Numbered from the stretch's first letter, positions 1 through 10,152 are shown. The stretch is 64,000 nt of DNA from an uncultured virus (IMG/VR IMGVR_UViG_3300037067_020960) (IMGVR_UViG_3300037067_020960), one strand, 5' to 3'. Numbers and translations are program-made. Notes: generated by a model not told the origin, from the letters alone.

Positions 1-915
1 ATATGCCGATTTAGGATCTTTAGCAATTTCAGATTCTAATTTTTTTAATTTTTCTAATAATTCTGGTTTTCTTTGAATTATTGATCTAAGAATTCTAGCT
101 TCCTTCAATAAATCTTTTTCCTCTTGTCCAAATTCTATTTGGAATTGGTATTTTTGAATCGGAAGCAATTGAATTAATTCTTGAAGAGTAAGATTTCTTT
201 TATTTTGATAATTATATAATCCTCTTTTTCCAGTTGTAGTAAATCTAGTTCCATCTTCTCCTGTCATTTCAATCTTACTCATTACTGGGAGTGTCAGTAA
301 ATATTCTAAAGAATGAAATTCTGAGGCGTGTCTAATCGATTTCTTTTTGCCCATATGTTTTATTTTTTCAGGGCTATAATCTTTATCTCCGATTACTACT
401 ATTCCAAAATGTTCTAATTTAGTTCCATCCATAGAAAAATCATGCCAACGTTCTTCCATTTCTTCTTCTGTTAAATATGCTTTTTCAAAACTTGAAGGAT
501 CCTCAAAAATAATTTTGTCATCTTTGTATCCGATTGCAACTACATAATGACCTTCATCCTTTGCATTAGCCCATTCTACCTGTAATAAATCTTCTGTCCA
601 TGCCTGAATTGGCATTAATATTGGGTAACCTATTTTTAAATAATCTTTAAGTTGTTGTACAGTTAAAGAACCCTGTATCACTTTTAATCCAACTTTTTTA
701 AATAATTTTGTGATATTTGCAATTGGAGTCCCATTTTCTTGAGTAGTTCCCAAATATTGAAGCAATTTATCTTCACGAATATCTTCTCCATAATAAGCAA
801 GAATACATTGAGCAGCTTTGGCTCCACAATCATAATCAAATGTTTGACGTTCATCTGGAAAATCCAGAATCACAGTTTCTTCAGCAATCTTTTTTATAAA
901 AGATGATATTTTCAT
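1..915 (-). CDS. C39-like cysteine peptidase fused to the shared cassette/26-aa repeat module (runs off the window; not in the ORF track)
   Basis: Manual translation from ATG 915 (ATGA overlap with the upstream stop): MKISSFIKKIAEE...RQTFDYDCGAKAAQCILAYYG...EGHYVVAIGY..KIIFEDPS (Q-C-H-D papain-like C39 motifs), then IRHA|SEFHSLEYLLTLPVMSKIEM...KDPKSAY. Open to base 1. Confidence 0.85.
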   Translation of the reverse strand, partial: MKISSFIKKIAEETVILDFPDERQTFDYDCGAKAAQCILAYYGEDIREDKLLQYLGTTQENGTPIANITKLFKKVGLKVIQGSLTVQQLKDYLKIGYPILMPIQAWTEDLLQVEWANAKDEGHYVVAIGYKDDKIIFEDPSSFEKAYLTEEEMEERWHDFSMDGTKLEHFGIVVIGDKDYSPEKIKHMGKKKSIRHASEFHSLEYLLTLPVMSKIEMTGEDGTRFTTTGKRGLYNYQNKRNLTLQELIQLLPIQKYQFQIEFGQEEKDLLKEARILRSIIQRKPELLEKLKKLESEIAKDPKSAY

Positions 916-1439
916 ACTAATTCCACTTCCACAAATTTTAATGGTTCAGCTCCAGATCCTCTACACCATTTGCCTTCAGATAAATAAAACCATGGCCCAG
1001 ATTCGTTATCATTAATATCTTTCACCCACATGTCATGACTATGACCATAGCCTTTTTCTTTTGAATATTTATCATCTAAAGCTTCAAGTTCACTCAAACT
1101 TCGAACATTATTCGCAAGCAGACATTCTTTTACAGAATTATATTTGACTCCACCATCACCATGAGTTTGCTCATTTCCTGAAACACCAAGAAATTCATAA
1201 ATATCGAATCCTTGATTATCAGCATTGTAATAAGCAGCAAATAACATTCCCTTACGAAGATCAAGACTTTTAATGACTCTTTTTGCTTTGTATGATTTAT
1301 TTCCAATTTCTACAGTGATTGATCCATTTACAAAATCATGAACATTTTCAATCATATCTTTTTTCTTTAACCACCCACTACTCATTTCATTAATGTGAAC
1401 AGCTTCTTTAATTATTGTTGAAAGTTTTTTAAGATTCAT
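912..1439 (-). CDS. Hypothetical protein with the shared N-terminal leader (putative internal head protein)
   Basis: 175 aa; AAGGAAA RBS; begins MNLKKLSTIIKEA. Confidence 0.7.
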   Translation of the reverse strand: MNLKKLSTIIKEAVHINEMSSGWLKKKDMIENVHDFVNGSITVEIGNKSYKAKRVIKSLDLRKGMLFAAYYNADNQGFDIYEFLGVSGNEQTHGDGGVKYNSVKECLLANNVRSLSELEALDDKYSKEKGYGHSHDMWVKDINDNESGPWFYLSEGKWCRGSGAEPLKFVEVELV

Positions 1440-1450
1440 ATTATTTCCTT

Positions 1451-4400
1451 TTATAAAATATTTAAATTATGGATCGTATCATTAAAGTGTTTAGCAGCTT
1501 TTGCTACACCTTGTATTGTCCAATATTTGCTAGTCGCATATCTATACGTTAATACCAGAGTTGATGTAGCATCATTTGCATCACTCAATTTAAACACTGT
1601 GTAATCAGTTGTGCTTTGTTTTAAATAAATATCTCCAGTGGCTATAGGATGAGTTGATACCACATTATTTGGGGTAAATGGAGTTCCATCAATAGTTACT
1701 GTCCAATGAGCAGGTGTGACTGATATACTATCATGGCTCAAACGATAATAATTGGTATTTATTGTTCCGTGTGCCCCATTCACAGTATTAAATGAAGCAT
1801 TTACAATTCTAACAGCATCCCGAGTTGACGAAGTAGTTTTATCATCACCATTTGTAGTTTCGGCACCATCTGTTAATTTGATTTCTATTTTCGAACCAGT
1901 TGTACCTTTGCGTTTTATTTTTAATTTTCCTTGATCTGTTGTTGTAATTCCTAAATTATATTTTACTTCATTTTGACCATTTCCTGCCCCAACAGCTACT
2001 CCATCTGCATAAGTCAATCCAGCAGCACTTACAATTGTAGCCCATAAATCAACTGACATTGTATAGGCACCTCCCCAAACATTTATCGCAAACGGATATT
2101 CAATAGCATGCATATCAGCAACATGAGTATTGATTTTATTTAAAGCCGGAAATATTTTATCAGATGCAGTAATTACTGTATCATTAACTGTCCAATTTGG
2201 AACAGCATTATTATCAGGTAAATCTAATTTACTATTGAATATATTATTTAATGAAGTTTTATTTGAACTGATTGCTAAATCCAATTTCCCTAATGCAACA
2301 TTATGTGAATCACCATCCGTAATATAATGATTTGAAGCAAAATCAGTGACAGCTGAAGTAACATTTTCACCTACTTTTGTTTTAAAATAAGTAAGATTTT
2401 CAACAGCATTTAATTGACCTTGTAATTTTCCAAGTGCTGTATGATGTGAATCACCATTTACAATAGCAGCATTCGTGATGGTATAATTAACATTATTCCC
2501 ATCAGCATTTGCTCCGGTATTTGTAGCCAATTTACTAATTCTTAAATTTCTAGTTGATAAAGCATTATCCAAATGAGCAATTGCTTCATGATGGTCATCA
2601 TTTGCACTAATATAAGTAGGACTTGCCCAAGTTACACTTGATATGACAACACTTTCACCTATAATAATTCCTATATTGTCAATTTTAGTATTTAAACTAA
2701 GAACAGCATTTCCAGTTGAATAAATTACTGTATCTAATTTTGCAATTGCTTCATTATGAGTATCACCAGAAGAAATTTGATAAGTAGATCCATAAGTAGT
2801 AGCACCAGAAATTATTGTTTCACCAACTTTAGCAGCCAAATGAGAAACTGCATTATCAACCAAAGTTTTTGCATGAGTCACAGTTGCAAATGGATTTGCA
2901 CCTGTTGGGTTTGTAGCACTTAAAACAGCAGCTTCCTGATCGCTTGTGATATTTGATAAATCTTTCATTTCTAAAGCAGCAATTGTATTATTTAATTCAA
3001 TAGTTGTAACAAATGGATTTGTTCCGGCAGCATTTGTAGCATTAATTAAAGCAGCTTCTATATTTTCTGTCATATAACGTAAATTGGATAAACGTAATAA
3101 TGCTAATTTCCCATTTACCGCTGTTAAAGTCATTACAGGATTTGTCTGACTTGGATTTTCCATTGCTCTGAACGCCTGAGATTGTTGAACTGTAACATCT
3201 GACAAATTTTCAAGAGCAATATTAATTTCTAATAAATGATCTGTCATTTCTGAAATTGTAACAAATTCAGAACCTTCAGAATTTGCTCTCGCTAATGATG
3301 AAGTTAAAATAGTAGCTTCATCATCACTTATATCATCTAAATCTGAAACATTTAATGTTGGAACATTATTTAATACATCATTAATCGTAGCAAATGGATT
3401 AGTAGAACCAGGAGAATTCGATCCAAGTATTGCATAAGATAGTTCCACATCTACATCACATAATTCTGCCAATCTTATACAACGAGATACTTTAGATTTT
3501 AATTCATTGATTTGTTGTTGAAGATATGGTATTCCTACTTTTTTACTAATTTTACCATCAGATAATTTGACAATCCTAAAATCTCCAGAATAATTTCTTA
3601 CAATATTTGAATCTAATTGAGTAACAGTAGCACCATCAATACAATGATAAATTAATCTGAATTGATAATTAAAATTCGGATCGAGAACTGCTTTCAGTAC
3701 TGTATATGTATTATCAATTGGCGCAGAACTTAATGCAACATAAGTATTCCATCCACCAACTGTCCAATTCTCAGTCGGAGTAACAGACGGAGCTGGGATT
3801 TCATCTGAAGTTGGTTTCACTTGAACATCAATAGAATCAATCCATTCATTTCCCATATTTAATGGACCATAAACAATAGTAATTCCTGTTTCGGCTTGAT
3901 ATGCTTCAATTGTTGTTAAATCTGTTGCATTACATTTATTAATGAATCGCAGAGTAGTGCTATAACCGTTTTTTACTCTTCCATCGATGCAAAATACCTT
4001 TAGGCGGTAGGAATATATTTTGCCAAATTCGAGATTGCTAGCGACGTCGAGGTAAGTATTCGACGTGACTGTATTTATAGTAGTAGCCAACACACCATTT
4101 CTATAAATTTCAATTTTATCAATCCAATCCCAAATTTCCGGACTTGGATTAATCCATTCAATAGTAATTCCTGTAAGAGCTTGCGTAAGATTGATTGTAT
4201 CGAACAATGCAAAATTACAAAGAGTAATTTCTGGATAGGCATAAGTTTGAGAATACGTATCACAAACATATTCTAATGTATATTGATAAGTTTTTCCTAA
4301 TTGAATAATTGTATCTGTATAAGAAGTCGCCGAATTATTTGTAATCGTAATATCGCCAGTAACACCATCAGTAATATTATTTTTATGAATTACTATGGAA

Positions 4401-5113
4401 TCAATCCAAGAATTATTTGCTGAATTATTTGACCATGTAAGATCCACATTTCCAGTGGAATCATTATATAATGCTTGAAAATTTCCAATATTTGAAAAAT
4501 CACAAAGCCCAGCAGATCCAGCACTAAAAGTTTGTTGTTCTCCTGTGAAACAAGTAACTCTAACATCATAAGAATATTGATTTCCAGCAGATATTGTAGC
4601 ATCAATATAAGAAGCTGCTGCCGGATTTGAAACAATAAATGTGCTTGTTCCACCAGCTGTAAGATTAGTTCTAATAATTTCAAAATTTTCTATCCAATCG
4701 GTTCGATCTAAAGTCCACGAAACAGTAATGGTAGAAGAACTTGAAGCAACTGATAAACCTGTAACTCCGGAGAAATCACAAAATACTGTAATGATATTCC
4801 CCCATTCAGACCAACTGCTTGTATTATTAGCATGATCTCTGGCTTTATATCTTGATTGAAGATTTGGAAATGAAACATCATCAACAGTGATTTCATAATA
4901 ATCATAATCATCACCTTGAACCAAAGTTACCCAAATACATCCTGTGCAAGTACCATCCGAAGGTGCAAATGTTTGTGGAGATTCACTTGTTAATCCATAA
5001 ATTGTTCCAGTAGAACCATTACGGATTTGAATTTCATAATCTTTTACATCTGCTAATTCATTATTAGCATCAGGTAAAAGTTCAGGAACGATTCTAAAAA
5101 TTTTATTAGCCAT
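1451..5113 (-). CDS. Large virion structural/fibre protein with fibronectin-III-like domains
   Basis: 1220 aa; several FN3-like units (ITVSW...Y.Y.V); NP.xTNPF.T repeats; I.xGDxHxxAIxKLD fibre-type repeats. Confidence 0.7.
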   Translation of the reverse strand: MANKIFRIVPELLPDANNELADVKDYEIQIRNGSTGTIYGLTSESPQTFAPSDGTCTGCIWVTLVQGDDYDYYEITVDDVSFPNLQSRYKARDHANNTSSWSEWGNIITVFCDFSGVTGLSVASSSSTITVSWTLDRTDWIENFEIIRTNLTAGGTSTFIVSNPAAASYIDATISAGNQYSYDVRVTCFTGEQQTFSAGSAGLCDFSNIGNFQALYNDSTGNVDLTWSNNSANNSWIDSIVIHKNNITDGVTGDITITNNSATSYTDTIIQLGKTYQYTLEYVCDTYSQTYAYPEITLCNFALFDTINLTQALTGITIEWINPSPEIWDWIDKIEIYRNGVLATTINTVTSNTYLDVASNLEFGKIYSYRLKVFCIDGRVKNGYSTTLRFINKCNATDLTTIEAYQAETGITIVYGPLNMGNEWIDSIDVQVKPTSDEIPAPSVTPTENWTVGGWNTYVALSSAPIDNTYTVLKAVLDPNFNYQFRLIYHCIDGATVTQLDSNIVRNYSGDFRIVKLSDGKISKKVGIPYLQQQINELKSKVSRCIRLAELCDVDVELSYAILGSNSPGSTNPFATINDVLNNVPTLNVSDLDDISDDEATILTSSLARANSEGSEFVTISEMTDHLLEINIALENLSDVTVQQSQAFRAMENPSQTNPVMTLTAVNGKLALLRLSNLRYMTENIEAALINATNAAGTNPFVTTIELNNTIAALEMKDLSNITSDQEAAVLSATNPTGANPFATVTHAKTLVDNAVSHLAAKVGETIISGATTYGSTYQISSGDTHNEAIAKLDTVIYSTGNAVLSLNTKIDNIGIIIGESVVISSVTWASPTYISANDDHHEAIAHLDNALSTRNLRISKLATNTGANADGNNVNYTITNAAIVNGDSHHTALGKLQGQLNAVENLTYFKTKVGENVTSAVTDFASNHYITDGDSHNVALGKLDLAISSNKTSLNNIFNSKLDLPDNNAVPNWTVNDTVITASDKIFPALNKINTHVADMHAIEYPFAINVWGGAYTMSVDLWATIVSAAGLTYADGVAVGAGNGQNEVKYNLGITTTDQGKLKIKRKGTTGSKIEIKLTDGAETTNGDDKTTSSTRDAVRIVNASFNTVNGAHGTINTNYYRLSHDSISVTPAHWTVTIDGTPFTPNNVVSTHPIATGDIYLKQSTTDYTVFKLSDANDATSTLVLTYRYATSKYWTIQGVAKAAKHFNDTIHNLNIL

Positions 5114-5126
5114 GAAATTTTCCTAT

Positions 5127-6134
5127 TTACAAAATTTTAATTGCTTTATCAATATTTTCTTTTGCTAATTTCCATTTTTCAAGGATTTTTGAAGTAGGAT
5201 TTAAATTTTTCCCTCCATTTCCTCTATACAATAAATATCCCTCTTGAAATTCTAATGGAATTCTTATAAATTCAGGGAATTCAATCTTCAATTGGTGAAT
5301 ATATAAATCTCTAAATTCATTATATTTATTTAAAGATTTAGATTTAAAATCTATTTCGTGTGCTTTGAAAAATAATTCGCTGTATTCTTTAGAATATTTA
5401 GGATCCTTCGCTATTACAAGTTCTCCTAATGACCATCTTCCTCTAATAACATTTTTAGCATACCAATAAGACCATTGAGCACTTGTAGCGATTACAGGTT
5501 CTGCTAATTCAAATCTTTCTTTAATAACATCTAGAGCATACCAATATGCATATTCAGCACTTTGAGCTATTACAGATTCTCCTAATTCAAATCTTTCGTT
5601 AATAATATTTTGAGCATAATAATATGCATATTCAGCACTTTGAGCTATTACAGGTTCTCCTAATTCAAATCTTTCATTAATAATATTTTGAGCATAATAA
5701 TATGCCCATTTAGGATCCTTAGCTATCGCTGGTTCTCCTAATGGAAATCTTCCTTTAATAATATTTAGAGCATACTCATATGCCCATTGAGCACTTTGAG
5801 CTATTTCAGATTCTAATTCATTTAATTTTTCTTTTAATTCTGGTTTTCTCTGGATTATTGATCTAAGAACTCCAGCTTCATTCACTATATCTCTTTCTTC
5901 TGATCCAAATTCTATTTCAAATTGGTATTTTTGAATTGGAAGCAATTGAATCAATTCTCTTATAGTAAAATTTTGATTCTGATCTTGATAAGAATATAAT
6001 CCTTTTTTTCCAGTTGCAATAAATCTAGTTCCATCTTCTCCTGTCATTTCAATCTTACTCATTACTGGGAGTGTCAATAAATATTCTAAAGAATGGTATT
6101 CAACGGCTAATTTAATATATTTTGAAAAATTCAT
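5127..6134 (-). CDS. Shared cassette plus 26-aa helical repeat protein
   Basis: Likely start ATG 6134 (MNFSKYIKLA|VEYHSLEYLL...), just after the upstream stop; five full repeats plus a partial one. Confidence 0.8.
   Translation of the reverse strand: MNFSKYIKLAVEYHSLEYLLTLPVMSKIEMTGEDGTRFIATGKKGLYSYQDQNQNFTIRELIQLLPIQKYQFEIEFGSEERDIVNEAGVLRSIIQRKPELKEKLNELESEIAQSAQWAYEYALNIIKGRFPLGEPAIAKDPKWAYYYAQNIINERFELGEPVIAQSAEYAYYYAQNIINERFELGESVIAQSAEYAYWYALDVIKERFELAEPVIATSAQWSYWYAKNVIRGRWSLGELVIAKDPKYSKEYSELFFKAHEIDFKSKSLNKYNEFRDLYIHQLKIEFPEFIRIPLEFQEGYLLYRGNGGKNLNPTSKILEKWKLAKENIDKAIKIL
5394..5798 (-). repeat. 78-bp (26-aa) coding tandem repeat, about 5.2 units
   Basis: Units such as QSAQWAYEYALNIIKGRFPLGEPAIA / KDPKWAYYYAQNIINERFELGEPVIA; near-identical at DNA level. 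Confidence 0.95.
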
Positions 6135-6135
6135 A

Positions 6136-7059
6136 TTAAAATACCTTACAATATTGTTCATCACGTTGAATCGTCCTAGTACTTAAATCCACAGACAAAT
6201 TTTTACCATATGGATCTTGTGGATTATATTCCGTGATTTTGATTCTTTGTTGACTAGTTTTAAATTCTAAGAAATCTGTAGTATGCATAAGAGGTTCCGG
6301 CATTGCGAAATAATTCACATTTACAATCATATCATTAAAACCTTGCTCGTTCAATTCTAATTTTTTTAATTCTCTTCCTTTTTCAATTTTTACCAAAGGA
6401 TCCACCATCCATTGATAACGAAATCTCAATAATTCAAATATCGGAGGTCTTACATTTGCTTGTTTTTCCAATGTGAATTTGAATTTTACTTTTATTTGCC
6501 CTAAAATACGACTTTCAATATCTGAAAAGTCGGAAAAGGTTGATTCTGTACCAAATTGTATATATGGAGTAACAATATTACCAGTTTCATTTCTGAACAC
6601 TTGCAATCTAAAATTATCAAATGAAATAACATTGTTTAAACCAAACCAATCAGTTTCAATGAAGCCTTTTTGTTCGCCATGAATAATTTTGAATCCTATT
6701 GGCAAGACTTTTTTATCTGGTTCCACATTGACCAATTTTAATCCCGGAGTATGCCAACCAATATTGATTGATTCATACCCATATTTATCATACCCACCAA
6801 CCCAGCCTGTTCCATAACAAACATTGCAAGCACCTTTTGGAATAAAATCTTCGACACAGGAACATTTATCGCCAATTTGTTTTTGAGAAAATAAGTAAAC
6901 TAATTCACCAACCGTTTCGAGAGCAAAACGATTGCGTTCTTTAGCACGTTCAAGCATTTTCATATCTTCGATAGTTTGATGAGAACGAATCGTTTGAATC
7001 GTATCTTTTAAACCACGAATGCCTTTGTTACCTTGTTTTCTGAAATATGATATGCCCAT
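6136..7059 (-). CDS. Putative head-tail joining/neck-type structural protein with Zn-binding Cys cluster
   Basis: C-x-C...C-xx-C-YGTGWVGGY motif, which I recall from large-phage structural proteins; structural neighbourhood. Confidence 0.5.
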   Translation of the reverse strand: MGISYFRKQGNKGIRGLKDTIQTIRSHQTIEDMKMLERAKERNRFALETVGELVYLFSQKQIGDKCSCVEDFIPKGACNVCYGTGWVGGYDKYGYESINIGWHTPGLKLVNVEPDKKVLPIGFKIIHGEQKGFIETDWFGLNNVISFDNFRLQVFRNETGNIVTPYIQFGTESTFSDFSDIESRILGQIKVKFKFTLEKQANVRPPIFELLRFRYQWMVDPLVKIEKGRELKKLELNEQGFNDMIVNVNYFAMPEPLMHTTDFLEFKTSQQRIKITEYNPQDPYGKNLSVDLSTRTIQRDEQYCKVF

Positions 7060-7063
7060 TAAA

Positions 7064-7615
7064 TTACCTTCTATTTATATCGTCAACAATATTCACAAAA
7101 ATTCCAGTTTGTCTTGCTGTAGGAAATGTTTTCTTTTTACCAGTTGCCAAAAATGTGATTTCAAATTCAGCATTATATTTTCCTGATAATTTTGTATCAT
7201 TACCAGTTGCATTATTCCATTCATAAGTGACCCAACCATCAAGACCTGAAGTTTTAAATACTCCAGTTGCTTCTATACGAATCACTTGTGCTATTGCGTC
7301 TGCGGCATGTTTTGCTACAGATGTAAGATCAACACCTCGTTCAACTGCTACAGTTCCATTAATTCTATCAATATCAAGAATTGTCATTCTTTCTTGATCA
7401 ATTACTACTTTATCTCCAATTAATAAACATGGTATATATTCTGGCCAAGTGAATGATGTAGTCGTTGTAGAATTAATTTCTCCGGGTAAATAAAATTTCC
7501 ATCCCATATTAAATCTGATTGTTGCGTCAGATACATTTTCAGGATTATTTGCTTCATTCAAACATTGATACTCGATGATCGGTAATGTATCATTTCTTTT
7601 AATATATAAATCCAT
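7064..7615 (-). CDS. BppU-like baseplate upper protein
   Basis: Likely start 7615 with AAGGAAAGGA RBS; IKRNDTLP...G.VTYEW...DT..SG.Y.AEFEITF..G...TFP. Confidence 0.65.
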   Translation of the reverse strand: MDLYIKRNDTLPIIEYQCLNEANNPENVSDATIRFNMGWKFYLPGEINSTTTTSFTWPEYIPCLLIGDKVVIDQERMTILDIDRINGTVAVERGVDLTSVAKHAADAIAQVIRIEATGVFKTSGLDGWVTYEWNNATGNDTKLSGKYNAEFEITFLATGKKKTFPTARQTGIFVNIVDDINRR

Positions 7616-9422
7616 AAGATTGTTCCTTTCCTTGTAATTTTTTTCTATTTGCGTCAATCATATCAATAGCTTTCTTCCATTTTTCTAATGTAGATTTTCT
7701 TACTGATTTTGTATTGTTTTCTGTTACACTGTCTATTGTGTATCCTTTATTATAATATGTTCCCAAATCTTTAAGATAATTAGAACGTGCCATTCTTCTA
7801 TTAATGTGACATAATAAAAATGGAAGTATATATTCATCTGATAAATATTTTTTCAATGTCTTTAAAATTGTTCCTGGTTGCACCTTTAATTTAATTTCTA
7901 TTTTATTTAATTTCTCATAAACATAATTGGGATCTCTTAAATAATCAGCTAATGCATAATTTAAATTAATATCTTCACTTTTTGCCATCATAACATCATA
8001 TTTTCTACGCTCATTGCCTTTTGATTTTAATATATATGGTTCCGCTTCTGGCCATCTTCCTTTGAGAACATCTATTGCATAAAGTGCTGCAATTTTTGGA
8101 TTTTTCATAATAATAGGTTCTGCTAATTCCCATCTTCCTCTAATAATATCTTGAGCATAATAATAAGAATATAGAGCATCCTTAGCTATAGTAGGTTCCG
8201 CTAATTCAAATCTTCCTCTAATAACATATTGAGCATAATAATTTGCCCATTTAGGATCCTTCGCTATCGTAGGTTCTCCTAATTCAAATCTTCCTCTAAT
8301 AACATATCGAGCATACTCATATGCCCATTTAGCACTTGTAGCTATTGCAGGTTCTCCTAATGGGAATCTTCCTCCAATAATATTTTGAGCATACAAACAT
8401 GCATATTCAGCACTTTGAGTTATCGCAGGTTCTCCTAATGGAAATCTTTCTTTAATAATATCTTGAGCATAATAATAAGACCATTCAGCACTTGTAGCTA
8501 TTGCAGGTTCTCCTAATGGGAATCTTCCTCCAATAATATTTTGAGCATACCAATATGCAAATTGAGCATCTTTAGCTATCGCTGGCTCTCCTAATTCAAA
8601 TCTTTCTTTAATAACATCTTGAGCATACTCATATGCCGATTTAGGATCTTTAGCTATTTCAGATTCTAATTCTTTTAATTTTTCTTTTAATTCTGGTTTT
8701 CTCTGAATTACCGATCTAAGAATTCCAGCTTCATTCACTATGTCTCTTTCTTCTGATTCAAATTCTATTTCAAATTGATATTTTTGATTTGGAAGTAATG
8801 AAATTAATTCTCTTATAGTAAGATTTCTTTGATTTTGATAAGAATATAATCCTCTTTTTCCTGTTGTAGTAAATTTGGTTCCATCTTCTCCTGTCATTTC
8901 AATCTTACTCATTACTGGAAGTGTCAATAAATATTCTAAAGAATGAAATTCTGAAGCAATTTTATACTCTTTGCCATTTAAAAATTGTAAAACTTTATAC
9001 ACATGTTTACACATCATATTTTGTCCTTCTGGATCTCTTATATCAGGTGGACGATTTTCTTTTTCCAAAGCAGAATCAATACTTGTGAGATTATAAGCAG
9101 GACCCCAAAATTGAAATGATTTACAATTGCATTTTAATTTCACTTGCAATTTCTTGATATCTTTTACATTCCCCTTAGGGGTAAATTTAACTTTGACTAT
9201 ATAACCTTCAGGATTTGATCCTCTTTTATTTCCCTTGACACGAAATGACCATCTACCATATCTTGGCATTGCTCGATAAAGTGAAATTGATACAGAACCA
9301 GAATATTTTGTAGCGATGTCAGATTTAGCATTAAGTATTTCAGAAATCAATGCTGCCAATCTTCTAAGATCAGAATTCTCGGAATTCTTGATCAGTGATG
9401 ATATTTTTATCAAATTCTCCAT
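7599..9422 (-). CDS. SWIM-type Zn-finger domain + shared cassette + 26-aa repeat array
   Basis: KCNCKSFQFWG...PDIRDP...MCKH (CxC...CxH), then YKIA|SEFHSLEYLL cassette and eight repeats. Confidence 0.8.
   Translation of the reverse strand: MENLIKISSLIKNSENSDLRRLAALISEILNAKSDIATKYSGSVSISLYRAMPRYGRWSFRVKGNKRGSNPEGYIVKVKFTPKGNVKDIKKLQVKLKCNCKSFQFWGPAYNLTSIDSALEKENRPPDIRDPEGQNMMCKHVYKVLQFLNGKEYKIASEFHSLEYLLTLPVMSKIEMTGEDGTKFTTTGKRGLYSYQNQRNLTIRELISLLPNQKYQFEIEFESEERDIVNEAGILRSVIQRKPELKEKLKELESEIAKDPKSAYEYAQDVIKERFELGEPAIAKDAQFAYWYAQNIIGGRFPLGEPAIATSAEWSYYYAQDIIKERFPLGEPAITQSAEYACLYAQNIIGGRFPLGEPAIATSAKWAYEYARYVIRGRFELGEPTIAKDPKWANYYAQYVIRGRFELAEPTIAKDALYSYYYAQDIIRGRWELAEPIIMKNPKIAALYAIDVLKGRWPEAEPYILKSKGNERRKYDVMMAKSEDINLNYALADYLRDPNYVYEKLNKIEIKLKVQPGTILKTLKKYLSDEYILPFLLCHINRRMARSNYLKDLGTYYNKGYTIDSVTENNTKSVRKSTLEKWKKAIDMIDANRKKLQGKEQSYGFIY
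8028..8651 (-). repeat. 78-bp (26-aa) coding tandem repeat, 8 units (last one diverged)
   Basis: KDPKSAYEYAQDVIKERFELGEPAIA ... KNPKIAALYAIDVLKGRWPEAEPYIL. Confidence 0.95.
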
Positions 9423-9454
9423 GAAAGAATTTTAACTGGAGAATTTGGAAATTA

Positions 9455-9712
9455 TCAGTTATACAAATCTTTTATTTGTTGAACAAATACTACTTCTTTT
9501 GAATTTGGATTTAATTTATTCCAAAATCTTTCATATGCTTCATGCACATCTTGAACGGTATCACAATTTGCAAACAACTTATTCATAGCGGTTACAGTTT
9601 CTGTTCTCTTTGATCCTCTTGGTTCTCCAGTTTCTCTATCAAATGCTTGTCCTGCAACTTTCCAAGAAGGAGTAGCTACTTTTTTTAATTTATCAGATAT
9701 TTTTCTAATCAT
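9455..9712 (-). CDS. Small hypothetical protein with the shared leader
   Basis: 85 aa; AAGGA RBS; begins MIRKISDKLKKVA. Confidence 0.7.
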   Translation of the reverse strand: MIRKISDKLKKVATPSWKVAGQAFDRETGEPRGSKRTETVTAMNKLFANCDTVQDVHEAYERFWNKLNPNSKEVVFVQQIKDLYN

Positions 9713-9749
9713 GATTATCCTTTCGTTGTTAAAATTTTAACTCGTATTA

Positions 9750-10152
9750 ATTTCAAAATGCATGAAATGCGGTAAATATTGTTCATTCAAAGATGGTGTC
9801 ATTATCATTCTTGGCGGATGATTTACGAAAAATTTCAAAACACTTCGAAATATCAAGAAGAGTTTATGATAAATTATTGATTGGATTAATGATGATATTC
9901 TTAATTTAAAACCAAAAGATGATGTTTGTATTTTTCGATAAGAAAAACAAATTATGTAAAATCAACAATGTAAAACCGCAACAATGTGCATCATTTCTGA
10001 TGTGGCAAATACTGATTGATAAACCATATCATGAAGAAATGCAACGATACATGAAGTTCTGTAAAGGTTTTGGCAAAGTAGGCATTTATACAGAAGTCAA
10101 AGAAAATCAAAATTGGTCTCCTTCAGATATTATTAGAAAAGAAACGGATTAA
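9750..10152 (+). pseudogene. Frameshifted YkgJ/CxxCxxCC-family cysteine-cluster protein
   Basis: Stitching frames gives CMKCGKYCSFKDG..LADDLRKISKHF..QEEF..IDW..LNLKPKDD.C.FFDKKNKLCKI..KPQQCASF..W...FCKGFG; needs about four frameshifts. Confidence 0.55.

Noticed and set aside
5394..8651. Diversity-generating retroelement (TR/VR) explanation for the repeats
   Set aside because: Variation is not adenine-specific (TGG/TAT/GAG/TTG alleles), all copies are coding, and no reverse transcriptase is in the window
5394..8651. CRISPR array
   Set aside because: Units are contiguous in-frame 78-bp coding repeats with no unique spacers, and no cas genes were seen
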